Shown: positions 30,480 to 39,319 of the stretch, in pieces
How positions within the stretch are numbered: the stretch's first letter is position 1
Layout of the letters: each line of letters starts with the position of its first letter
Assembly (NCBI GenBank): GCA_038146925.1
Contig: JAYQSP010000011.1
Location: forward strand, 170,888 to 234,887
Source of the DNA: Alphaproteobacteria bacterium
GTDB lineage: Bacteria; Pseudomonadota; Alphaproteobacteria; MPNO01; UBA830
Direction of reading: 5' to 3'
Length of the DNA: 64,000 nucleotides
Notes under the pieces: generated by a model
Seen by the model: the letters and a program-made list of their open reading frames with translations, nothing else
Told to the model about the DNA's origin: nothing
Databases searched by the model: none
Made by a program: the position numbers and the translations under genes

Positions 30480-31616
30480 ATGGCCCGGGATGCGCTTAAA
30501 CCGCTCGACGGCGTGCTTGTCGTCTCGATGGAACAGGCAGTCGCCGCGCCGTATTGCGCGTCGCGGCTGGCGGATGCCGGCGCCCGGGTCATCAAGGTCG
30601 AACGGGCGGAAGGCGATTTCGCGCGGGCGTACGATTCCGTCGTGCACGGCGAAAGCGCCTATTTCGTCTGGCTCAACCGCGGCAAGGAATCACTGACCGC
30701 CAATATCAAGGACGAGGAAGACCGGGCGCTTCTCTACAGCATCATCGACAAGGCGGACGTGTTCATCCAGAACCTCGCACCCGGCGCCGCCGCGCGCGCG
30801 GGTTTCGGCTCCGACGAGCTTCGCGAACGCAATCCGCGCCTGATCACGGTCGATATTTCCGGCTACGGCGAGGAAGGCTCTTACGCCGATATGAAGGCCT
30901 ACGATCTTCTGGTGCAGGCGGAATCTGGGCTGTGTTCGATCACCGGCCTGCCGGAAGGCCCCGGCCGGGTCGGCGTGTCGGCCTGCGACGTGTCCTGCGG
31001 CATGTATTCCTACATGGCGGTGCTGGAAGCGCTGATCGCGCGCGACGCCACCGGCAAGGGATCGTCGATCAAGACGTCGCTGTTCGCCGGCATGGCCGAC
31101 TGGATGACGGTCCCGCTGCTGCATTACGATTACGGCGAAAAGATCATGCCGCGGGTCGGTCTCAACCATCCGTCGATTCACCCTTACGGCGCGTACGACA
31201 CGCAGGACGGCGGACAGATTCTGATCGCGATCCAGAACGAGCGCGAATTCGCCCGTCTGTGCGAGACGGTGCTTCTGGACGCCGATCTGCCGAAGGATCC
31301 GCGCTTTGAAAGCAACGAGGCGCGCTGCGCCAACCGGGCGGCGTTCGACGCCGTGATCAACGATATCTTCAACAACACCGACCGCGACGAACTGGTCCGG
31401 CGCCTGCGCGACGCGTCCCTCGCGTTCGGCGAGGTGAACGATGTCGCGGGGCTGTCGAACCATCCGGCGTTGCGCCGGGTCCAGGTCGGCTCGCCGACCG
31501 GGCCGGTCGACATGGTCGCGCCGCCGGCGCTGATCGATAACGGCGTCCGCGACCTGGGCGACGTGCCTCCGGCGGGCGCGCATACGGAAGCCATCAGAGA
31601 GGAATTCGGCGGATGA
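30480..31616 (+). CDS. family III CoA-transferase (CaiB/BaiF)
   Basis: 378 aa with the CaiB/BaiF family signature; the 752-aa ORF covering it in the track is an out-of-frame artefact at its 5' end. Confidence 0.9.
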   Translation: MARDALKPLDGVLVVSMEQAVAAPYCASRLADAGARVIKVERAEGDFARAYDSVVHGESAYFVWLNRGKESLTANIKDEEDRALLYSIIDKADVFIQNLAPGAAARAGFGSDELRERNPRLITVDISGYGEEGSYADMKAYDLLVQAESGLCSITGLPEGPGRVGVSACDVSCGMYSYMAVLEALIARDATGKGSSIKTSLFAGMADWMTVPLLHYDYGEKIMPRVGLNHPSIHPYGAYDTQDGGQILIAIQNEREFARLCETVLLDADLPKDPRFESNEARCANRAAFDAVINDIFNNTDRDELVRRLRDASLAFGEVNDVAGLSNHPALRRVQVGSPTGPVDMVAPPALIDNGVRDLGDVPPAGAHTEAIREEFGG

Positions 31617-32467
31617 GCGGAGAGACGGATTTCAGCGGCTGGATCGGCAAGTCCGAAACCGAGCACGGCATCGCCTCGGCCTATGCCGCCGACTACTTCA
31701 CGCTGACGCTCGACCGGGACGATCCGCCCTTCGGGGATGGCGATGCCCTGCCGCCGGCCTGGCACTATTTCTATTTCCACGAGCTTGTGGCGCTCGCCGC
31801 CACGGGCGAGGACGGCCATCGCGCCAAAGGCGATTTCATGCCGCCGCTGCCTTTTCCGCGGCGCATGTGGGCCGGGTCGAAGATGAGGTTCGAATCGCCG
31901 ATCCGTATCGGCGAAAAAATGCGCAAGGTCATTACCATCGCCGATATCGCGATGAAGGAAGGCAAGTCCGGCAAGATGTGCTTCGTGACGACGACCGAAG
32001 AGGTGTTCGGCGAGGACGGCCGCCTGACCACCAGCGAGGAACGCACCCAGGTCTATCGCGAACCGGCAGACCCGAACGCCCCGCCGCCGCCGCCGCGCCC
32101 GGCGCCCGCCGATGCGGTGTGGAGCCGGACGGTCCATCCGAGTTCGGTATTGCTGTTCCGATATTCGGCGCTGACCATGAACAGCCACCGCATCCATTAC
32201 GACAAGGACTACGTCCGCGATGTCGAGGGGTATCCGGGCCTGCTGGTACACGGGCCGCTGACCATGACGCTGATGCTGGATCTGTTCCGGCGCGAGAATC
32301 CCGACGCGACGATGAAAACGCTCGACCTGCGGGCAGTGTCGCCGGTCTACGACACGATGGATTTCTCCGTCCACGGCGCGCCGGGCGAAGACGGCGCCTG
32401 CAAGCTGTGGGCGATGACCGGCGAAGGCGCGCTGGCGATGTCGGCGGATATCACCTTCGAGGCGTGA
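31613..32467 (+). CDS. MaoC-like / double-hotdog (R)-specific enoyl-CoA hydratase (itaconyl- or mesaconyl-CoA hydratase-like)
   Basis: 284 aa with two hotdog halves; start overlaps the CoA-transferase stop (ATGA). Confidence 0.75.
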   Translation: MSGETDFSGWIGKSETEHGIASAYAADYFTLTLDRDDPPFGDGDALPPAWHYFYFHELVALAATGEDGHRAKGDFMPPLPFPRRMWAGSKMRFESPIRIGEKMRKVITIADIAMKEGKSGKMCFVTTTEEVFGEDGRLTTSEERTQVYREPADPNAPPPPPRPAPADAVWSRTVHPSSVLLFRYSALTMNSHRIHYDKDYVRDVEGYPGLLVHGPLTMTLMLDLFRRENPDATMKTLDLRAVSPVYDTMDFSVHGAPGEDGACKLWAMTGEGALAMSADITFEA

Positions 32468-33125
32468 TCCCTGCCGGTGTTTGCCGGGCGGCGTCCCGCC
32501 GGGCCCGTTCGGCCTGCCAGGCGGTCAGTTTTTTCTTGCGCTGTTCGGCGTAATACCGGCGGCGCTCCTGATTCCACAACTTGACGACCTTGCGCGTATA
32601 GGGCCGGTTGTATTCGCGGGTGGTCGAATGGTAATGCGCGATCGCATGGGTGATCGACCGGTTGGCGCGGCGCAGTTTCGAGAACAGCTCGCCCGCATAT
32701 CTGGCGTTGGCGTGCGGGTCGAACGCCTGTTCCAGACTGTCGAAGGCCTTCGGATGATACATCAGGTTCACCTGCATGCAGCCCACGTCGATATTGCGGA
32801 CGCCCTCGGCCTTCAGCCGGCGGACGGCGGCGATCGCTTTGTCCTTGGATGGGTAAAAACGGCCTTTCCCCCGGGCGGTGACCGTCCACGGCCAGGCAAA
32901 ATGTGACCGGCTGGCCTTGTGCCAGCGGCCCGATTCAGCCAGTGAAATCGCCTGCAGGATACTCGTCGGCAGCCGCATCGCGTCTTCGATCCGGGAGATG
33001 GTGATCTTGCAAGTGTCTGAATATGCGAGGGAATTTCCCCTTTGAGTCGCGCCGCCGGCGGCCGGGCACAGCAAACCGGCGCCCAGAAGCAGGGTTGCGA
33101 CGATATTTCCCCCACGGCATGTCAT
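32451..33125 (-). CDS. lytic transglycosylase (SLT domain) with signal peptide; start at MTCRGG
   Basis: ES-GRW...QVN SLT catalytic region. Confidence 0.75.
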   Translation of the reverse strand: MTCRGGNIVATLLLGAGLLCPAAGGATQRGNSLAYSDTCKITISRIEDAMRLPTSILQAISLAESGRWHKASRSHFAWPWTVTARGKGRFYPSKDKAIAAVRRLKAEGVRNIDVGCMQVNLMYHPKAFDSLEQAFDPHANARYAGELFSKLRRANRSITHAIAHYHSTTREYNRPYTRKVVKLWNQERRRYYAEQRKKKLTAWQAERARRDAARQTPAGITPRR

Positions 33126-33338
33126 GACAAACCCGACGCAAATATCGTGCCGGTTTCGTTCAAACGGGAAGTGAGCCCCGATTTTTGCCGCATTCCAGGG
33201 CATCGGGCCCAAAATTTGTGCACCGCACCCAAATTGTTCGGTGTCTAACGATTACAGATTTATGAATTCGGATAAATTATGTGGATTTTCCGTGTTTTAG
33301 GGTTGATGGAGCTTGGGTGCGGTTATATATTGCGACGC

Positions 33339-33433
33339 AACACAATTTGGTTGTCCAAGCGAATTGTGTGTTCTTCTTTCTTGGACGTTTCCTCCCTATC
33401 AAACTCAGGCCGCTCTTCGGAGCGGCCTTTTTT
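33339..33433 (+). ncRNA. candidate ~95-nt small RNA: a sigma70-like promoter (TTGATG-N17-TATATT, 33303-33331), a 5' hairpin (ACACAATT/AATTGTGT), a single-stranded CCUCCC motif and a Rho-independent terminator
   Basis: No + strand CDS here. GGCCGCTC-TTCG-GAGCGGCC plus T6 at 33408-33433. The locus is AT-rich, unlike its flanks. Confidence 0.45.
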
Positions 33434-33516
33434 CTTCGTATTTCAATAGTTTGTGAAAGCCGCGTTTGGCGTGGCCGGCGGCTGGGAATATGCTGCGGTA
33501 CAGCATAAATCCAGTC

Positions 33517-34056
33517 CTAACCGGGTCGGCTCCTGTCTCCGTCCCCCAGCGGCCGGGTCATCAGCACGGTGTCGGCCCATTTGCCGAGCTTGAAACCGGC
33601 CGACGGCACTACGCCGGCGACGCGGAAGCCCAGCCGGCTGTGCAACCCGATCGACGGCGCGGTCGTCGACCCGCCGATCACGGCGATCATCTGTCGCTTT
33701 CCCAGTTCGGTGCAGCGCTCGATCAGGGCGCCGAGCAGCGCGGTGCCGTATCCGTGGCCGGTCGCCGCCGGATCGACATAGATCGAATCCTCGACCAGAA
33801 AGCGGTAGGCCGAGCGGTCGCGATAGGGCGCCGCATAGGCATAGCCGCGCACGTCCCCCGCCTCCTCGACGGCGAGCCAGGGCAGGCCGCTTTCGGTCAC
33901 CCGGCGGAAACGCGTTTCCATCTCGGCCGCGTCCGGCGGGATTTCCTCGAACGTGGCGATGCTGTTGAGCACGTAATGCTCGTAGATTTTCGCGATGGCC
34001 GGCAGGTCTTCCGCCGTGGCGGCGCGGATGTCGAAGGGCGAACCGGCGCCGGTCAT
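33517..34056 (-). CDS. GNAT N-acetyltransferase (phosphinothricin/MSO acetyltransferase-like)
   Basis: 179 aa GNAT fold motifs. Confidence 0.8.
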   Translation of the reverse strand: MTGAGSPFDIRAATAEDLPAIAKIYEHYVLNSIATFEEIPPDAAEMETRFRRVTESGLPWLAVEEAGDVRGYAYAAPYRDRSAYRFLVEDSIYVDPAATGHGYGTALLGALIERCTELGKRQMIAVIGGSTTAPSIGLHSRLGFRVAGVVPSAGFKLGKWADTVLMTRPLGDGDRSRPG

Positions 34057-34949
34057 TCAGCGGCGAGATCCTGCGCCGTCAGATGGGCCAGCGCGGCGAC
34101 GACGTCGGTCATCTGCGCCGCGACCCGGTCGAACCCGGCGCTCTTCTCGATGCGGAGCTCGTTCATGTAGAGCGCGCGGTTGATCTCGATCTGGACCGTG
34201 TGCACCCCGTCGCGCGGCTGGCCGTAATGCCGCGTGGTGAAACCGCCGGCGAACGGCTTGTTGCGGGCGACGGCATAGCCGAAACCGGCGATCGTGCGTT
34301 CGATGGCGTCGGTGATATAGGGGGCGCAGGTGCTGCCGAAGCAGTCGCCGACCACGAAATCGGCGCGGCCGCGCCCGGCATCGGGGTCGAGCGGGCCGCC
34401 GATCGACGGCATCGAATGGCAGTCGACCACGACGCAGAAGCCGAACCGCTTGCGCGTTTCGTGGATCAGCGTTTCCAGCGCCTTGTGATAGGGCCGGTAA
34501 TAGGCATCGATGCGTGTCGCCGCCTCCGCGAAGGTCAGCTTGCGGGGATAGATGTCCTGGCCGCTGGACACGACGCGGGCGATGGTGCCGAGCCCGGCGG
34601 CGACGCGGGCCGAATCCGTGTTCGCGTAGTCGGGCAACGGATCGGAAAACATATTCTGGTCGAGCTCGAACGGCTCGCGGTTGGCGTCTATGAACGCCCG
34701 CGGAAACGTCGCCCGCAGCAGCGGCGCGCCGTAGCCGGGCGCCGCGGCGAACAGATCGTCGACGAAGCCGTCCTCGGACCGGCGCAGCGAGACGGGATCG
34801 AGCCGCGCGCCGGCGACGAAATCGGCCGGATAGTCGCGCCCGCTATGGGGCGACGCGAAGACCAGCGGCACCGATTGTACGTCCGGATGCAGGATTTCGA
34901 AGGGCGGTACGGGCGCCGGAGCGTCCGGCGCGGATTCATCGACTGACAT
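34053..34949 (-). CDS. N-formylglutamate amidohydrolase-family protein
   Basis: 298 aa with FGase-family similarity; 4-nt overlap with the downstream GNAT gene. Confidence 0.7.
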   Translation of the reverse strand: MSVDESAPDAPAPVPPFEILHPDVQSVPLVFASPHSGRDYPADFVAGARLDPVSLRRSEDGFVDDLFAAAPGYGAPLLRATFPRAFIDANREPFELDQNMFSDPLPDYANTDSARVAAGLGTIARVVSSGQDIYPRKLTFAEAATRIDAYYRPYHKALETLIHETRKRFGFCVVVDCHSMPSIGGPLDPDAGRGRADFVVGDCFGSTCAPYITDAIERTIAGFGYAVARNKPFAGGFTTRHYGQPRDGVHTVQIEINRALYMNELRIEKSAGFDRVAAQMTDVVAALAHLTAQDLAAE

Positions 34950-35024
34950 GACCCTGATTTAGACCAAACTCTACGCATTGTCATCCGCGCGGCGGTGATT
35001 CTGAAGTATCGCGGGCCCGCTCCC

Positions 35025-35068
35025 CCTCCCGGCCACCCATAAGGATCATCCCGCGGGTGGCCGGGAGG
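35025..35068. repeat. perfect 14-bp inverted repeat (CCTCCCGGCCACCC ... GGGTGGCCGGGAGG) with a 16-nt loop, in the divergent promoter region between the FGase-family gene and cpdR
   Basis: Read directly from the sequence; no gene terminates here. Confidence 0.6.
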
Positions 35069-35267
35069 CGGCTGAAGCCGCAAAGCGGATGAAGGCCGGT
35101 GCCCTCCCGAAATAACGACCCGGTGTGGGCAAGGCATGGTTAGCGGAGCCTTAACGCCTCGTCCCGCGATGTTTACGCTTTCCTAAGGGCGGGGGTTTAG
35201 CAATAGTAGCCAGGCCGGTTTCCAAGGTGGGGTGCTGGCGGTTCACTAACGCGCGGACGGAAGATTC

Positions 35268-35639
35268 ATGGCAAGCATTCTCCTGGCGGAAGACGATTCG
35301 TCGCTCCGGACATTTCTATCGAAGGCGCTCGGCTAGGCCGGCCACATGGTCACGTCCTGCGAGGACGGCGTGGAAGCCATCGCCGCGCTGGAGCTGCGCG
35401 AATACGACCTGCTGCTGGCCGATATCGTGATGCCCGGCATCCACGGGATAGAGCTCGCCCAGCGCGCCACCGCGCATCTGCCCGATATCAAGGTGCTGTT
35501 CATCACCGGTTTCGCCGCCGTGGCGCTGAACGCCCAGAAGACCGGCGCCAACCGCAACGCCAAGATCCTGTCGAAGCCCTTCTACCTGCGCGAACTGGTG
35601 CAGGAGGTCGACCGCATCCTGCAGGACGAAGCCACCTGA
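35268..35639 (+). pseudogene. cpdR: CpdR-like single-domain response regulator with an in-frame TAG at 35334-35336 (codon 23, where Lys, Arg or Glu is expected)
   Basis: MASILLAEDDSSLRTFLSKALG*AGHMVT...LLLADIVMPG...ITGFAAVAL...KILSKPFYLRELV matches CpdR along its length; the same frame runs across the stop. Confidence 0.8.
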
Positions 35640-35733
35640 CGGCGCCATTCGCCGCCGGGCACGCGGGTGCGGGACAGTGGCGCTTGCTATCCGTTCCCGA
35701 AAACGATAAAACGCGCTGCCTTTTCAGGCACAC

Positions 35734-35808
35734 GGGCGATTAGCTCAGCGGGAGAGCACTTCGTTGACATCGAAGGGGTCGCTGGTTCAATCCCAGCATC
35801 GCCCACCA
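35734..35808 (+). tRNA. tRNA-Val (anticodon GAC)
   Basis: 75-nt cloverleaf folded by hand: 7-bp acceptor stem, D arm GCTC/GAGC, anticodon stem CTTCG/CGAAG, loop TTGACAT, T arm GCTGG-TTCAATC-CCAGC, encoded CCA. Confidence 0.95.
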
Positions 35809-35836
35809 TTTTTTTTCGACAGATTTCGGTTTTCAG

Positions 35837-36242
35837 CGGCCCGCGGGTCCGCTTTGATCGGCGTTGACGAAATCGCCGCCGGATCGGCATTGGCGATGCT
35901 GCCGCCGATGGTGCCGCGGCTGCGAATGGGCAGATGCGCGATGTTGAGCGTCGCGTCATGGACCAGCGGGCACGCCGATTTGACGAGGTCCGAGTTTTCG
36001 ATCGTCCGCTCGCGGGTCATCGCACCGATGGCCAGGCAATCTCCGTCGTCCCGGATATAGGAAAGGTCGGAAATTCGGTTGAGATCGACCAGAACGTCCG
36101 GTCGCGCCAGGCGGAAATTCATCATCGGCACGAGCGACTGACCGCCGGCGAGTACGCGGGCGTCGGGTGCATGCTGACCCAAAAGTTCCACTGCCTCCGG
36201 CACGCTTGTTGGTGCGAAGTGATTGAACGGAGCCGGTTTCAT
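35837..36242 (-). pseudogene. 5' fragment (about 125-135 codons) of a coxM-like molybdopterin-dehydrogenase FAD-binding subunit, truncated at the tRNA-Val 3' end
   Basis: MKPAPFNHF...LAGGQSLVPMM...GTIGGSIANADP matches the CoxM N-terminal FAD domain; about 150 codons are missing and no CoxL or CoxS lies nearby. Confidence 0.6.
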
Positions 36243-36368
36243 CGCGGCTGTCCCATCCCGTTTGTTTATCGACCGACATTGGTGCATTTATGACTGCGGA
36301 GGTCAATTGGGGGCTGCGAAGCCGCGCCCACAGCGTTATCCTTAATCGAACGAAAGGGAGAATTCGAA

Positions 36369-36908
36369 ATGAGTGTTGCCAGACATCCCCGCCCGCCCGA
36401 ACTGGAGGGCGTCAAGAAGGAAGAAATCGTAGAGCGGTTCGTTGCCCGCTTTGCCGAACGCAAAGCCGATTGGGAAGCGTTCGAGGACGCGAAGATCGAA
36501 GGCTGGAAACGGGCTCAACACCGCTACATCGGCGCAGGCGGGTCCGGCAAGCACGACGACGCCGATGCCATCCCCGCCCGCGCCCATACGCTCAGCATCA
36601 TGTATGTCGAGCCGGGGCAGGGAAACGCGCCGCATACGCACGAGGTCGAAGAAACCTTCTTCGTCCTGAAAGGGCATCTCGATGCGTTCGTCGAGGACGA
36701 AGACGGCACGCGCTCGACCGTGCGGCTCGGTCCGTGGGACTGCATTTCCTGTCCGCCGGGCGTGATCCACGGCTATGACAACAACAGCCTGGAACCGGTG
36801 TGGTTTCAGGTCATGCTCGGAAAAGGCCGTCCGGAAACCATGGGCTACGCCGACGAAGAGCTGTACCAGCGCCGCGACGCGCATCTGAAGGAAGTACCGA
36901 AGGACTAG
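36369..36908 (+). CDS. cupin-domain protein
   Basis: G(X)5HxH...E...H cupin motif (PHTHEVEETFFVLKGH). Confidence 0.7.
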   Translation: MSVARHPRPPELEGVKKEEIVERFVARFAERKADWEAFEDAKIEGWKRAQHRYIGAGGSGKHDDADAIPARAHTLSIMYVEPGQGNAPHTHEVEETFFVLKGHLDAFVEDEDGTRSTVRLGPWDCISCPPGVIHGYDNNSLEPVWFQVMLGKGRPETMGYADEELYQRRDAHLKEVPKD

Positions 36909-36920
36909 GGCCGGACGGCT

Positions 36921-37706
36921 TTAGTCGTACGCTTCGCGCGACGCCCAGGAAACAAGTCCCCGCTCCGCATCCGGCATGCGGGCGAGCGTGCTGTCGTCTA
37001 CGATCACGGCAGGCATGTCGCGGAAATTGGATACGTCGCGGTACCACGTGCGGTGATAGGTGCAGTACAGGATCGGTCGCGGTGAGTCCGAGCGGTTGGC
37101 CTGGCCGCCGTGAAGGATACGGCTGTCGAACAGGATGGCATCGCCGGGTTCGGCGTCAGGGACCGCCATCGTCAGGTCTTCCATGTCGGGATCTCGATGG
37201 GAGCCTGGATAAAATCTTGTGCTTCCCGTGATTTCGTTCAGCGCCACCAGCGGGATGACAAGCGTGATACTGTAGGCCGGCACGCTGGCGTCGAGTGCGA
37301 CGTCTTCGAACAGACCGGCCTGGTCGGCGTGGTCGCTCTGGGCGGCAGCGCCGGGCTGCGAGGTGACGGCCACGTATGATCCGAGAATGAAATCTTCGCC
37401 CAGCAGTTCGGCAACGATGCTGAGCGCGACCGGGTTCGCAAATATATCGGGCGAGGCGAACGCGCCTTCCATCGACAGCGTGATCATTGCGCGGTCGTCG
37501 CCAACCTCTTTTATCCGGTGTGCGGAAATGCCTGTGCTGTAGCGTTCGGTATATGCGGTACCGAACTCGGCGACCCGGTGCGCCGGCAGCAGGTTTTTCA
37601 GAATGATCACGCCGGCGTCGGCGAACTGTCTGGCGGCATGCGCGGCGACCGGTGCCGGCAGCGGGTCGGCACTCCCGATGGTGATGGTGGGCAGCGAAGC
37701 GGTCAT
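36921..37706 (-). CDS. phytanoyl-CoA dioxygenase (PhyH) family Fe(II)/2-oxoglutarate oxygenase
   Basis: 261 aa with PhyH family similarity; ATGA overlap with the upstream aminoacylase. Confidence 0.75.
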   Translation of the reverse strand: MTASLPTITIGSADPLPAPVAAHAARQFADAGVIILKNLLPAHRVAEFGTAYTERYSTGISAHRIKEVGDDRAMITLSMEGAFASPDIFANPVALSIVAELLGEDFILGSYVAVTSQPGAAAQSDHADQAGLFEDVALDASVPAYSITLVIPLVALNEITGSTRFYPGSHRDPDMEDLTMAVPDAEPGDAILFDSRILHGGQANRSDSPRPILYCTYHRTWYRDVSNFRDMPAVIVDDSTLARMPDAERGLVSWASREAYD

Positions 37707-39319
37707 GCGCTTTGGCCGGTCGCGAAATCGATCTGTCGGCGCAACGTCCGCCCGGCGAGGGCGCCGGTGTGTTCTCCATCGCGCAGGACGGTTATGCCGT
37801 TGACGATGACCCGGTCGATCCCGGCGGCGAAACTGTGCGGATCTTCATAGGTCGCGGTTTCGGCGATGGTGACGGGGTCGAAAATCGTAATGTCGGCAGC
37901 ATGGCCGGCGCGTAGTACTCCGCGATCCTTCAGCCCCAGCGCCCGGGCCGACGCGCCGGTCATTTTCCACACCGCCCGGGATAACGGTAGTGCTTCGTCG
38001 TCCCGGGCATACTTTCCCAGAACACGGGCAAAAGTCCCGTAAAACCGCGGATGTGGCTTGCCCTGTCCGGTAGTGCCATAAGGTGCTACCGAATTTCCGT
38101 CGGATCCGATCATCACATCCGCAGAGCGCACGAAATCGCGCACATCGTCCTCCGATATCGACGACACCAGCACCCGGGTCTGACCGCGATCTTCGACGAT
38201 GTAATCGAGCGCCATATCGAACCCATCGATGCCCCGTTCGGCCGCGAGGTCGGCGATGGTGCGGCCGGCGTGTTGTGGCAGGTCGGGAGAAATCGAAATC
38301 CGGATCGCATCCCAGTCCGGGATGCGCCCAAAATTGTTCAGGCCCTCCGCCTCGAGCGTTTCGCGCAACCTGCGCCGAGCGCCCTTGTCGCCCAGCCGCG
38401 CGATCATGGCGTCGACGCCGTCCTCCTGAAGCCACGGCGGAAAGAGGTTTTTCAGAGGATTGCTGGCAGCGGTGTAGGGGTAGATGTCGCAGTCGATCGG
38501 TACGCCGTTTCGGCGTGCGTCGGCTAACAGGTCCATCGCCTTTCGGGCGCCGCCCCAGTTGTCGGTGCCGGACAGTTTCATATGCACGATCTGCACATGT
38601 ACGCCCACCTGTTCGGCGAATTCCATCGCCTCCTGCACGGAATCGAAGACCGTATTTCCTTCGTCCCGCAGGTGAGTGAAATAGCGCGCGCCGGCGCCGG
38701 CCAGGGTTTTGCCCAGCGACACCATCTCCTCCACGTCCGAGTATGACCCAGGTGCGGTGAACAGGCCGGACGACATGCCGAGCGCACCGGCATCGAGCGC
38801 TTCGGTCAACAACGTCCGCATGTGTTCCAGTTCGGTTTCGGTGGGCGGGCGGTCTTCCATGCCCATCGCCATCAGCCGCAATGTGTTGTGACCGACAAGA
38901 TGAACCGTGTTGACCGACAGGGCCGGGTATTGTGCCAGGTAGTCGGCGAAGCCGGTCGCCCGGAAGGTCAGCCAAGGTGCGCTCGGGCTCAGGTAGTCGG
39001 CCAGCGCGTCGACCTTTTCCGGCAATGCCGGCGCACAGGAATACCCGCAATGGCCGATGACCTCGGTGGTCACGCCCTGCCGGATTTTGCTTTCCGCCTG
39101 CGGCATCAGCGGCAGGGTCCAGTCGGAATGGGTCTTGATATCGATGAAACCGGGGCAAACCACCCGGTTTGAAGCATCCACTATGTCCGCGCCGGTACTC
39201 GAAATATCGTCGCCGATCTCCGCGATGCGGCCGTCGGCGACGGCAATGTCGGCATCGCGACCGGGCGCGCCGGTGCCGTCGATGACATGCCCGTTGCGAA
39301 TAACGGTCGCGTTCGTCAT
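37703..39319 (-). CDS. N-acyl-D-amino-acid deacylase (D-aminoacylase; amidohydrolase superfamily)
   Basis: 538 aa. The N-terminal MTNATVIRNGHVIDGTG...CPGFIDIKTHSD motif follows a GGAGA ribosome-binding site. Only this part of the 896-aa ORF in the track is real. Confidence 0.85.
   Translation of the reverse strand: MTNATVIRNGHVIDGTGAPGRDADIAVADGRIAEIGDDISSTGADIVDASNRVVCPGFIDIKTHSDWTLPLMPQAESKIRQGVTTEVIGHCGYSCAPALPEKVDALADYLSPSAPWLTFRATGFADYLAQYPALSVNTVHLVGHNTLRLMAMGMEDRPPTETELEHMRTLLTEALDAGALGMSSGLFTAPGSYSDVEEMVSLGKTLAGAGARYFTHLRDEGNTVFDSVQEAMEFAEQVGVHVQIVHMKLSGTDNWGGARKAMDLLADARRNGVPIDCDIYPYTAASNPLKNLFPPWLQEDGVDAMIARLGDKGARRRLRETLEAEGLNNFGRIPDWDAIRISISPDLPQHAGRTIADLAAERGIDGFDMALDYIVEDRGQTRVLVSSISEDDVRDFVRSADVMIGSDGNSVAPYGTTGQGKPHPRFYGTFARVLGKYARDDEALPLSRAVWKMTGASARALGLKDRGVLRAGHAADITIFDPVTIAETATYEDPHSFAAGIDRVIVNGITVLRDGEHTGALAGRTLRRQIDFATGQSA

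Noticed and set aside
29358-31616. 752-aa ORF spanning the acyl-CoA dehydrogenase and CoA-transferase genes
   Set aside because: Its N-terminal 370 codons are an out-of-frame reading of the ACAD gene. Only the CaiB-like portion from MARDALKPL is real.
33281-33508. 75-aa + strand ORF overlapping the small-RNA candidate
   Set aside because: No ribosome-binding site, odd composition, and it runs through the intrinsic terminator. The non-coding interpretation is favoured.
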